A DNA stretch of 64,000 bases, from assembly GCF_000143415.4 (NCBI RefSeq), contig NW_003314311.1:124001-188000 (forward strand), given 5' to 3'. The notes under the pieces were generated by a model. That model ran no database searches. It was not told where the DNA came from and saw nothing but the letters and a program-made list of their open reading frames with translations. The position numbers were made by a program, and so were the translations under genes. Origin of the DNA: Selaginella moellendorffii. Its lineage: Eukaryota; Plantae; Lycopodiophyta. Of this stretch, positions 37,491 through 49,993 are shown in pieces (the first letter of the stretch is position 1; each line of letters opens with the position of its first letter).

Positions 37491-40400
37491 TTGACCAACT
37501 TGCGACCGCAGGCTTTGGAGGGTGCAGTGACATTCGAGGACGAGCCACGCTCATGGGAGAAAAGGACACCGTTCAGATCAAAAACGATACAGTACTTTCG
37601 CAGTGACTCTGAAATGAAATGCGTCAGCATAAAAAATGGTACAAGTCAATTTTACCATCTACAATATTAGCGAATGGTGCTCCCGATGGTCGTTCAGAGG
37701 GTTTTGGTCGAGGAAACGTGAAGGGCGGAAATACTCTCCTCTGCAATGTGGGGTCAATCGCATCCGATGGCGTGTGGGCACATGCCATTTCAGCTGTAGA
37801 CTCTGGTACAACTGGCTCAACAGTGGCATGGGGTGGTTCCGATGGCGTGTGATCACACGCCATTTCAACTGGTGCCTCCGTTGGCAAAGTGGACATGACC
37901 GAACAGGCAGCAGGGGCGGTGTAGGGAGGTTCCAACGGCGCGTAGTCAGACGATTGGGCACACGTTGGAAATGAGGATACGACTGGCTCGGCGGCTGGGG
38001 CGGCCTCATGCGGGTCCAATGGCGCCTGGTCACCGTCAGTTGGATACGTGGACAAGATTGACTCAGTGGTATGGGCAGCATCAAGTGGAGCGTGGTCAGC
38101 TTAATTGGCGTTGATATGGATAGTAGCCTCCACCAGCTCTGATGACTCTTGCAGGCAAGTAGAGTCCACTGGCGGATCCATATGCATGTCCAAATATCTC
38201 CCTTCGATTGAGATGGTATCCTCCCGTGCTACTAAAAACAAACTCATTAGCACATTGAATTGACTATACTGTATTTACCATCAACTGCTATTGAGGAACT
38301 AGGACCGATATCACTTGGGCGCACTGCTGATTCTGAAGGATTGGACATACGTTTCCACCCTTGCTTGGCACTATCCTTCCTCGACACTAAAGGCTAGAGT
38401 TTGTATCTTAATTCAACTGAATAATCTCTACTTACCATTTCTTCTGCGACCTACATGGACAATGTTAGAAATGGTAAAAGGTTAGGAATGGATGTACTAT
38501 TATTTACCTGATGGTTTGTCTTGTATGACCTTCCTCCGCTGCTCTTTGGCCACCTCAGGCTGGCCATCGTCGTCATCATCGTCATCGTCGTTATTGTGAT
38601 CGTCACCATTGTGAGGACCATCCAAGTCCTCTTCGTCCTCCTCTTCTTCATCCTCCTCTTCTTCGTCCTCCTCTTCTTTGTCCTCCTCTTCGTCCTTCTG
38701 CTCTTCCTGCTCATTATCTTTCTCTGGCTCCTCATCCCCCTCCTGCATTTCTTCCATAGGCTGCTCAGGCTGGATGGCTTGTTTTTCCAGGACCATCTTG
38801 TGAAAATCATCTGGCCGAGTCTCCATCTCAAAATACAAGACATCCATAGCCTGTTTTAGTGCGTGACCTAGGACCGTATCCTCACCCGACTGTCTTAACA
38901 TGGTTTCTGCACGTTCTTGCACCCTTCGAAGACGACGAGATGAGAAAAACGTGGCCCTGACTTGAAAAGCATCCCTCATCCATTGTACCTCTCCATTGAG
39001 ATTGGGGAAGGGGAGTCCGCCATAGGAATCTGAGTCAGAAGGTGGTGACTGGCTCCTTTCACTCAGCCCTTGATCTGCAATGAATGGCATGAGCACACAC
39101 GCCATAACCGCGAGGCATTACCTATCATCTTTTCGTTGCCCTTCTTCCTTTTCGAATCAAACGCCTCTGATCCCGACGACTGTCCAACGTGCTTTTGCTT
39201 TTTATGACCACTGTCAGTTTGAGCTTGGCTGGTGCTTGCCTGTTTTGCCTTTGAAGAAGTGTCTCCTACAAGGAATGGCATGAGACCACACGCCATTGCA
39301 AATATAATTTGTACCTCCTTTTTTCCTATTGCTTGTCTGTTTGTCCTTCTTCGACGCGCCACCAGTGCGCTTTTCAGTCCTCGTGTCTGAATATTCACAA
39401 CGATCTATAATCAAAATGGCGTGAGGCCTCACGTGACCTTACCTTGTGCAGGTTGTGAGCTCAGCCTAACATCAGTAGCTGTTAACGCCGTTTCAGCATC
39501 TGGGGGTGGCCACGCTCCTGCATATAGAGCTTGTGAGATAACATTTAAACTTAAAGTGCGTACTCACCAGGTTCGTAGAGAAGATACTATTTTTCTTTGG
39601 CAACTGTAATTATATGCTCCATTGAAGTCACCTCTTCAATGGAGTTTGTCACCGCAACACACGGGACACCCTTGAGTAGTGCGGCTCGAAAGAATAGTCC
39701 GCCGCAGTTGTACTCGACAACGCATTTGCCCTTGGAGTCACCTACTATTGCGTTGAAGACCCAGCTGAGCATTTCCCATGTTGCACCTGGAGCTTTCGTT
39801 GGATTCGAAAGCTCCATAGCCGTCTTCAGTTCCTCAGGCACGGGTAAATTGACCTCCCTCAGATCAATTCGATCGGCTTTGTTGAACGAAGCTGGGAAGT
39901 CACTCCAGTCCCACTCTGCTGCAGGACCAATAACAAGGGCGAGTGTGAAGATGCGGACATTCGTCGGTATTTTCTTCTTAGCCATTATCCCATGGATCTC
40001 CCGCATCTCCTTGCCTTTCAACCGAGCCTTCACCTCATTCAAGGCCTTCCAGAACTTGTGATAGGATTCGGAGTCGTAGATCATATAGTGGACTGAAGAT
40101 TCCACCTCCGCAAGTCCCACCATTAAGTCAATGATGGAGCTGACTTCGTCTGCATGAGTGATCTCCTCGTTTGTGAAGTCCATCACACAAAAGATGTTCT
40201 TGACCTGCTCATCTCTGCGGGAAACGATGCTCCTCCACCTTTGATCCTCATCCGAATTCACGTATACCCGGTAAGGTTTTCGATAGGCCTCTGCTGCAGG
40301 GTCGAGCTGTTTCTGAAGCCGGCGGTCGACATCCCTCTTAATGAAATTTGGATACTGATCCAACTTCTCAGCTTTACTTTTCGTGGCATCCCGCAGCAGA

Positions 40401-41974
40401 TCGATGAACTTGGGGGCCCCCTTCACGTAGTCATCAATGTCTTCATTTGACAAGTCCAGCTCTTCCATCATCTCTTGCGTGGTGTCGATGCTCACCCTCG
40501 CCACGGCCACTTGCTCGAAGATCCAATCCTTCAATAGCGCACGAGCTCTCAGAGTCGTGCACAAGTCCTCGTATGTCACAATATGGCCGGGAGTCATTTT
40601 AGTCTTGTTGAAGACTACCTCACCACGTAGAAGAGCATTAGCCACTGTCAGAAGGTCGTCGTCGTCTAGAGACCGCGAGAAACGCAAGGCGTTGAGCTTC
40701 AAATCATTGGGCTTCCGGCCGTCCTCCACACCCATTGAGTTTAGCAACTCCCCGTCATGGTACCTCCTCAGCACATCTACCCATTTGTCAAAAACAACTT
40801 TTGTCGCGAGTAGAATGTTATGGATGCTGAGTGTGTCATTGACCCTCAGTGTTTTCGAGAGAAGACTCGAGAATTCCTGCAATGGAAATGGCGTGAGGCC
40901 ACATGCTATGCCACATGCAACGAGGCTTACCTGCCAGGTGCTAGTTGCTAGTGCACGTCCTTGTCCTGGTTTTTGTGGCTTCTTCAGTTGAACCCAGAGC
41001 TTCCGTGTTCGTGCCAATGTCTCGTGCAGACCCGATTTGTAGCACGTTTCTTGCTTGACATTCTGCGCGTGGGAGATGTATATGATAGATCGGAGGGGCG
41101 AGTTGCCTTTTATCAGGCGGACAACTCTTGTCTTGAAGACTTTCTTCACCTCCTTGCCCACCATAATATCCACAACTATCTGTTGCATCGCCAAGCTAGA
41201 ATGCTGCCTGGAGACGGCATAGAACCGGATGTTCTGATCGTCCAACACCTTCCTATTGATCAAGTCTGGAAACCTCGTCTCGCCCTTCATTGTTCGGTAG
41301 TAGGGGATCACGTCTGCGATGTCGGGTGTTACTGGACTTGCCAGCATCTTCTGCTTCAGTTTCTCCACCCACTCATCAGATACTAGCCTGTGGTTATATT
41401 TGCTTTGGATCTCGATACGGCTCACGTCGATTGTATATACTTTGTTGGAATAGTAACAAGTACTATTATCTGCGACGATTTTTGCTGCCTCTTCTTGCTC
41501 TTTCTGCTCTTTGCAGCTCTTCTTTTTGGTGGGTGTAGTGTTCGAACCCGAGGCAATGGCATCACCGAGTAGCTTCTTTTTTGGAGCAGCAGAGTCGGAC
41601 GTCGGCTTGAGCTTGACCACCCTTTTCTGCTTCGGGGTAGTTTCCAGATCGACCCCCTTCCCCTTCGCTTCGCAAACTGGAGGCACTCTCAACGGCTCAA
41701 TGTTGGAATATAGTTTTTGAACATTGCCGTAGGTGAGGTCCGTGGATTCCATGTGATCTTCATAGACCCGCAGCGTCTTTGAAATTGTGGGCCTCCTGGA
41801 CAACCTCTCCCTAGCTCCCTCTAGGAATTCCTCATAGCCGCTGCCCCCCTCCGGGAAGCCGCTAGGATGTGCAAGGTGGATCTTGAAGGCGGACGCTGTC
41901 TCTACCACAAGTGCCAGTCCATATTCTTGCATGGAACTGCATGGAGTGTCTGTCACTTGGATGAGGATCCCCAT
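37490..41974 (-). CDS. Multi-exon gene: ParB/Sulfiredoxin-like domain + diverged N6A/N4C DNA methyltransferase-like fold + acidic low-complexity region + start of an FCP1/NIF HAD domain; probably disrupted
   Basis: 831-aa ORF 39587-42082. ParB-like at ~41455-41060: IDVSRI..YNHR.V..EWVEKLKQKM...VIP...FYAVSRQH..AM...ISHAQN. MTase-like at ~40200-39620: NIFCVMDF...NPTKAP..MLSWVF...GKCVVEYNCGG..FRAALLKGVPCVAV. Short GT-AG introns at 40877-40930, 39405-39442, 39266-39314, 39075-39121 and others. TAG at 39587-39589 lies just before a GTGAGT donor. Confidence 0.6.
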
Positions 41975-44900
41975 GCATTCTTTTCTCCCACCATCTGTGT
42001 GCCTTCCATCCCGAAAGTCCAACTGGTGAGCTCCTCCCCCTTCTCTGCATCCACATTGACAGTGGCTGGAAGAAGAACGCAATTCCTCGCCTGTTTAGAA
42101 ATGCACAACAATTAGAGCTGACAGATGAAAAGCTAGCAGCTGGAAATAACGTGAGGCCACACGCCATTCACCACTGCATCAGATGTCTTGAGGCTGCATC
42201 CTAAGATGGCGTGAGGCTACACGCCATCTGTAACCGGACTGCACTCGAGAGCCCAATCGGTGCATGCCAATGTTGCTACTGAATGGCATGTCGCCTCATG
42301 CCATTTTCTACTTGGCCTAAAAGACTTACCATTTGAAGCCGAATGGAGGCCGTGACAATCGAGGCCGGACTCGCTGGCGAATGTGCACTGTGTGTGCAGC
42401 GGATCGTAGCAGCAAGGCTACTCTGCCACTTACAGTTGGAGAGTGGTGCTGAAATCTCCCGGGACGCCAAGTGGGCTGCGTGTGGGTGGCGGAGTGGGCG
42501 GCGGAGTTGGCGGCAAAGTTACAAACTGGGTGTGTCTTGAAGTGGACGCCGATGCACACGAGCGCGATGCGAGCGCGAGTGTGATGCAAGCGCGAGTGGA
42601 CGCCGATGCACACGAGAAACCTGTAGAGAAGTGAGCGTGATCGCGAGTGGGAGCGTGATGCGAGCGGGAGCGCGAGTGTGCGAGCGCGAGTACAAAGCAA
42701 AATGCAAAACCTAACCTCACACGCGCGAAATGTCACAACGGTTGGTAATCTCGCCACGTCATCATTCCTCGGACTTGGGCGCCACCATTAATTTCTGGAT
42801 TGCCGCGCGCATGCAAGCACGCAAAATCCAAAAGAAATCCGCAACGTCATCATTCCTCGGACTGCATGCACGTGAAATCCAAAAGAAAGATCATGATTGG
42901 GATATCATTTAATACCCTCGCTATATTTATACCATGCATGATTGGATATTCCAAAGCATCTTGTATTTCCAAAAATGGCAGATGTTCAGCTAAATAAAGA
43001 AATTCTATCTGTTTCTATTTTTCTCTCAAATCAATATTATAGCGTGTGGGCTCATGCAATTTTGAACCAAAGAAACCCAAAAAACGTTGGACCTAAAATA
43101 TTTTGAAAAAACCCAAAAAACCCTAAACATTTTAAACCCAAAAATCCAGGTGTCCTGTGGCGTTATTCCTTGAATGGCGTGTGGGCGCATGCCATTTTCA
43201 GGGCCAAATGCTGAATGGAGAAAAATTCCCTTTCAGTGCAAATGCTGCAAGAGGCAAATGCCGAGCACAAAGGACTGTAACTACCTCACATGACACAGAT
43301 AAACTTTTCTCTATTTGGCAAAGATAAACTTTATAGCGTGTGGGCTCATGCAACTTTGAACCCAAAAAATGCACCAAAAAATTCTCGGCGTCATCTGGCG
43401 TTATCTCTTGAATGGCGTGGGGCCGCATGCCATTTTCAGGGGCACATAGGAGTATATTCCTAGGATATTCTGATATGCGCGAGATTTTTTTGAGTTTTCT
43501 GGAGATCCAACCGTTAGATCGCAACTAGATTTTACAGAATGGTATACAATGTCTTTCTTGATGACCCTGCAAAGAAGCATCTCGATCGGACACTACATGA
43601 GACCACACGAGCCTTACAATGTTTCAGAGGCATTTGCCATAGATCCGACCGTTATTTTGCTCCAAGATTTTACAGTTTGGTGTGCATTGACCTTTCCATC
43701 GAAACTGCAAAGGGACATCACAATCAGATGCGGGATCACAAGAAACTAACTTCACTAACTCTGGTTTCACCAAGATCTACGTAAGGAGTTATGAAATGAA
43801 AGGACCCTCTCTATTGAAATGTGTTTATAGTCCTAGGGGCATTGTGACATATCAAAGGATTTTGCATCAAGTTCTGTATTTGCATGTTTATCAAGCTACT
43901 GAATTGCTAAACCTTAAACCCTAAACATGTGGCAAATGCTGCGTGAAGAAAGATGCCTTTTCTGGGCAAATGCTGTAAGAGGTAGATGCCGAGCAGATGT
44001 ATCTCAAGCTAGCGAAGGGGACAAACGAAAGCTAGCTATAAACATGACGGGATGCAAATAGATTACTAGGCTGGTCCTACGAAAATCAAAAACCATAATT
44101 GAAAACATTGAAAATGCAAAAAGAAAGGTTTATAATATTTTTGAATTTTAAGCAACCAAAGGAATGTAAGTAGGGCATGTGTTTGTAAGTTTAAAAATGC
44201 CTCAACCACTTAAATTCCCAAGTAAATAAAGCTGTTTCTATTTTTGGTACAGGTAAACTTTATAGCGTGTGGGCTCATGCAATTTTGAACCCAAAAATGC
44301 ACCAAAAAATGCTCGACTAGCATTATTCTTTGAATGGCGTGTGGCCTTATATTGCCATAAATGGATGTACACACACAGCATAATTATTCCTTTACACAGC
44401 GAATAATCTTGGCGCGGATCGCTGACATGGCATGGCAAAGTTCGAATCACTGACATGGCACAGCTGGATCGAGGCAAGGACATGATGTGACAAAGTTCAA
44501 CCTCCGACAGCAAAGTCTAGAAGCTACTCAGTTTGAAATTTGTCAGAGGAATCATAAGATCTGGTTTGTCAGAGGATTTGATGTGACGTTCAAGCGTGTG
44601 TTATTTTTGAATTCTCGAACTCATTCCTAGGTCTATCATTTTTGTGCACCGTGTTCTTGGTTCCGCTGAGCGCAGTGAGCGCTGCTTGTGTAAGCGGCGT
44701 TGTGGGCTATGGTTTATGCGTCTACAAGCGGTTGCAGCATTGCGAGCGCCATTGTGAGTGGCAGTTTATGCGAGTGGCAGTTTGTGCGAGCGGCGCTACG
44801 AGCAGTTGTGGTGTTGCGAGCGGCGCTACGAGTAGTTGCGGTGTTGCGAGCGGCACTATCTTTGGTGTGGCTACCGCTTCCTCTTGATATTCAGCACTTG

Positions 44901-45220
44901 TGCTTCCTGGTATGTTCACCATGGAATGGCTTAGGACCACATTTAGAAATGGCATGAGGCCACATGCCATCTTGGGCCCTTGCAATTTCATGGCTAGCGT
45001 ATTGTCATGTATGTTTTTACTTGCCTGCAGCTGTGTGTATATCAAGATGGCATGAGGCCTCATGCCAATTTTGTGAATGCGAAATTTCACATGGGTGTCA
45101 ATAGCATGTTTGAATAATGGCATGTGGCCTCATGCTATTGAGGTTGTTTGGTATGTTATGATTTAGGCCATTCTCCAATCATTTTTTGTATAGTCTTAAC
45201 TTCTTTTCTGCACTTTCAGA

Positions 45221-48200
45221 ATGGCCTTCAGGGTTGGGGAAAAGGTTTACATTTTGAATGGTGGGAAGAGAGTTGCAAAAGGGACCCTTGTGTCTATGGA
45301 TCGGAACTTTGTTATACACTATCAAAGGCTTGGGGAAGGCAATGCTGCTGTATCAGTAGAGACTGTTTTTGATGGGAATGTGGTCGCTATTGAACGAGGA
45401 GAGATGGTCGTCGGGGTAAATGTTGTTGTTGCCTTGAAAAATCTTCAGAAGAAAGCAGATGTTGGGGACAGCGCAAGTGCAACGCATGTTCCCTTCGTGG
45501 ATCTTAAGAAACCGTGCTACATGGATTCAGGCAAAGGTGTTTCTAAACAACCCCGAGGGGGAGGTGGTAGCTGAGGGCTTAGCCACAGTTGTCGATCCAA
45601 AAGATGCGGTTGCTAATCAAGAATTGGGCTGGGATGATATTGGAGTTGCGATTTTAGAGGTTGTTGACACAGAAGAAAACAGTCTGACTATTGGAAGCAT
45701 TGTGCGGTGGAAATTGAGGCACTTAGTGTTTGAGAATGTGAAGGATTCACAATCAAACACCACTACAACTGATGACAGAACATCTCTTCATGGGAAAAGA
45801 AAGTACACCTTCCTAAAGCGCAGCCAAAGGGATCTGAGCAACGAACCGAAAAGGCAGAAAATGGCGATGGAGGTTCGAATGGTCTCGACAGTTGCTTGTT
45901 GCAAGAGGAGGTGCTGTCAACATGCTGATTGGGATGCTATTGAAGAGGAGAGAGCAAGATACAAGACATTGTCCTGGAAGGCAGCTCGCAATTTTGTGTA
46001 TGAGGCATTACGGTCATCTGTTGATGCTTCAGAACATCAGGTGGGGGGCATGGTCTTCCAGAGGGGTTTGGTCTGCATGAAGGCATGGAGAATCATTTAT
46101 GGAGTCCCTCGAACCACATTCTACAGAATCAAAACTGAGTTCGAGGAACAAAGGGTTCAACAGGCAGTCCATGGGAACGACGGTACGCACAAAACCAGGG
46201 GTCATGTTGTATATGGAGAGGCAATCTTCAAGAGGTTTGTCGAGACATGTAGCGAGCAGCAACCACATAAAACCCGCCTCTTGGAAGATGGAACACGAGA
46301 CACCCAACGAGTTCTCCCTTCTATGTATACCAAGGGGGCCATATTGGAAGATGTGAATCGAGAACTCCAGAGTAATGGCTACAGGAAGCTAAGCCAATCT
46401 AGATTTAGTAGATTGTGGAGCAACAGGTTCAGGGATGTGAGTATAGGAAAGTACTCCAGCTTTTCAAAGTGTGACGAGTGCACTGCTATCAAAATGGCTT
46501 TGTCGAAGAATTCTTGCAGCGCTCAAGAGCGAGAGACGTTGGTTAGAAGGCGGCTCGACCACAACATCGAGCAGAGAAGCTGTAGGACTGCATATTATCA
46601 TAACAGGATTCTCTCCATGGAGAGACCTGACTCTTACCTCTGCATCATCCACGACAAAATGGACCAGAAAAAGACGTGCTTACCTCGACTCAATCCTGCC
46701 CCCAAGGCAATCTCTTCATCCATGCAGCTGCCTGTGTCTCTGTTTGGCATAATTGCTCATGGGCATGGTGCCCAGAACTATGGGAACTTCTTTGTACCTC
46801 TATGGGGTGGCAGGGGTGCAAACATGATGATTGCGTCCCTAGCAAAACACTTAAGGTCTCTGCAAAGTGCGCAGACTGAGCTGAACGGCCAACCCTTGCA
46901 TAAGGCCCTTGTCGATCGAACCCCATACAGGGTTCAGCTGGAGGAGGAGCAAAGGCTTGCAGTATTGCGTGGGGCCCCATGCCATCCCAGTGAATATGTT
47001 GGCCGTCAGATTGTAGGGTTATCACGTGAGGCCTCATGCCATTCCGACGAGGCTGGTCGCCCGGTGAATGCACAGCCTCATCCAAACGAAGCAGAATCTC
47101 AAGGAAGTTCTTGCGGCCAATGTGGCCTTCCACCCCATCTTCTGCTCCAAACAGACAATGCTGGCAGTGAGAACAAAAACATGTACGTCTTCGCGTACTT
47201 GGCGATGCTTGTTGCCAAAGGCATATTTGAAACGGTTACACTTGGCTTTCTCATGGTTGGGCACACTCATGAAGACGTCGATGCCATGTTCAGTCACCTG
47301 GCAGAGTCCCTCCAGCGATCCAATGTCCTCACCCTCCCACAACTCTACGATGAATTCCAAAATTGCATCAAAGGCACTGTTGAAGCTGGACTTCTGACAG
47401 AGGTTCCAGACTTTAAGGGGTTTGTAAGAGGCTACATCAGAGACGGATCCGAAACGCTGATTGGCCACTCCAAGCCTCTTCAGTTTCATTTCAGCATGTG
47501 TGACGGTGCTCCAGTGATGAGGTACAAGATGAGAGAATGGGACACAGTGTGGCTGCCAGTGGACGGCATTGAACTCTTCAAGAGAGATCCCATAACTGGG
47601 GAACCTATGATTCCTCAGGGTTCCCCACGGCCGATGCACCCGGATGGACTCAAAGACCAGGAAAGTATAGTGGCCGGGATTAGACAGCATATTGCCTTCT
47701 GGAAGAGGGGGTTGGTGTTTGGTGGAGAATCCTATTTTAAGAGGTGCAAACCTTTGCTCGAATACTGGGAGAAGATTATATCTGCTATCCAAAATGGGCC
47801 GGTTGTATATGAAGAATTGGAAGAGTCCTTTTGGCCAGAACCCAGAGCACTAGATAGTAGCGGAACAATGTCCTCTGGAAATGCAGTGACAGATAACGAT
47901 GTTGAGGATCACTATTGTGGGCCGAGGAACAAGAAGCCGGATTCAGCATTCAATCTAGTACAGGTCTGCAAAGGAATGGTCGTGCTTGTCAGACCCAGTA
48001 ATAAAAAACAAATGATATGGGTGGGGCGCTGCATCACTGATGCAAAGGAGGACGCGGAAACTAACTCCTTCAATGTAACTGTGGAGTGGTTCAAGCCAAG
48101 TTCCGGATATACGAAGGATTGCCTAGAAAAGAGATGGGTGCTGAATCCAAGGGATCCCAGCATGAGCATATCGGTGGATAATGTTGTGCATGGTTGGATG

Positions 48201-48332
48201 CGGAAGCAGAGTGCCACCATCACCTTGCCAGACCATGCAAGAGATGCAGCAAGAGCATTCATAACCCGGGTTCAAGGTGAGATTCATGAATATTCCTTTA
48301 CTAAGTTTCTAATGTATTTTATTTCAAGGTGA
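45221..48332 (+). CDS. Sola1-like DDD transposase with two N-terminal En/Spm Tnp1-like domains and a C-terminal SH3/BAH-like barrel (frame change near 45500)
   Basis: CCKRRCC, CMKAW..IYGV, KCDEC, IIHDKMDQKKT, LLLQTDNAGSENKN and GFLMVGHTHEDVDAMFS give a D-D-D triad. VAKGTLVSMD...LG and VVAEG..VVDP...ELG...GSIVRW are Tnp1-like repeats. Confidence 0.8.
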
Positions 48333-48999
48333 ACAATCCGAATCTGAATCAGAGGAGGCGTGATGGCATGTGGCCTTACGCCATTCCTAGGTGAGATGAT
48401 ATAAATAACAAGTATAAATTCTTAGTTGTTCTAGCAAATCTTACTTAAAGTTCAAGGTGAACAAGCCGAATATGAATTCATCGGATTGTTATAACAAATT
48501 GCGAGGTGATGGCATGAGGCGATACGCCATTTGAGAGTGGTAGCCATTCCTATATGAGGTGAGTGAAGTATTTATTAGAAATACCTCATTCAATTGTGCA
48601 CTTCTAAGTCTTGGTCCACTTAGTATTGTTTGCATGTTTTTATTTTAATTCTTTCTCTAAAATGTTATTTAGCATGTGGCTTCATGCCATTGCTCTCCAC
48701 AATCATGCATTGAATTTCTATCCTTGCATAATACTTCTCCATATATATAGCATGTGCGCACATGTGATATGGTTCATTAGGCCTGATATAGTGTGTGAGG
48801 TAAAACAAAGATGATGTGACATATGCATTTACCAATCACACGTTCATAAATCTAATAATATGGCGTGTGGCCCATATTAATGGCACATAAACCCATATTG
48901 TGGGCTTACGTGCTTTATGTACCATCATTCCCTTGCAGCGTGTGTTGGTTTCCTTTTATAACACAACGAACACCATATTTTAGGGTGAAGAGCGTTCTC

Positions 49000-49961
49000 A
49001 TGGCAAGCACAAAATCTGTAAGTGAGGCAGAAAAGGAGACGGAGAAGGAGATAGGTGAAGATATAGAATATATAAGTCTTCCAAACTCCCCGTACTATAC
49101 TCCAGGTGATCATTTTTCTGAACAAACGGCAACATTAACAACTATCGAGAACGCCCCAGTAACGTCAGAAATGTGAGACACAAAATCCCTAGGCCCCAAA
49201 GTGGAGCCGGAAGGGCGCCACATGGTAGTGGCTGAAGCGAGAGCCAAACGAGCGTAACACGTTTGGACCAAAAGCTCCGACTTGAAAAGTCAAGAGCGGG
49301 AGTGGAACTCCCAACGAAGTGCTCGAGGAACGAGCACGAAGCGAGCAAAAAGCAAGGCTCCAAAAAGGGACCCAAAAGGACCAACACATGACACGTGGGA
49401 GTGTCCGAGATGGAGTCCGAGATGGAGTCCGAAGTGGAGTCCGAGGTGGACCCGAGATGGACCCGAGTTGGAGTCCGAAGTGGAGTCCGAGATGGAGTCC
49501 GAGATGGAGTCCGAGGTGGACCCAAGATGGACCCGAAATGGAGTCCGAGATGGAGTCCGAGATGGACCCGAGATGGAGTCCGAGATGGAGTCCGAGATGG
49601 ACCCGAGATGGTCCCGAGATGGAGTCCGAGATGGAGTCCGAGATGGAGTCCGAGGTGGACCCAAGATGGACCCGAAATGGAGTCCAAGATGGAGTCCGAG
49701 ATGGACCCGAGATGGAGTCCGAGATGGAGTCCGAGATGGACCCGAGATGGACCCGAGATGGAGTCCGAGATGGAGTCCGAGATGGAGTCCGAGGTGGACC
49801 CAAGATGGACCCGAAATGGAGTCCGAGATGGAGTCCGAGATGGACCCGAGATGGAGTCTGAGATGGAGTCTGAGATGGACCCGAGATGGACCCGAGATGG
49901 AGTCCGAGATGGAGTCCGAGATGGAGTCCGAGATGGAGTCCGAAGTCGAGACCGAGACCGG

Positions 49962-49993
<32 letters not shown>

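Noticed and set aside
38521-38859. Hydrophobic membrane-protein-like ORF on the plus strand
   Set aside because: Antisense shadow of the Glu/Asp-rich exon on the minus strand.
43905-43930. Interstitial telomere repeat
   Set aside because: Only 2-3 imperfect units; at most a telo-box.
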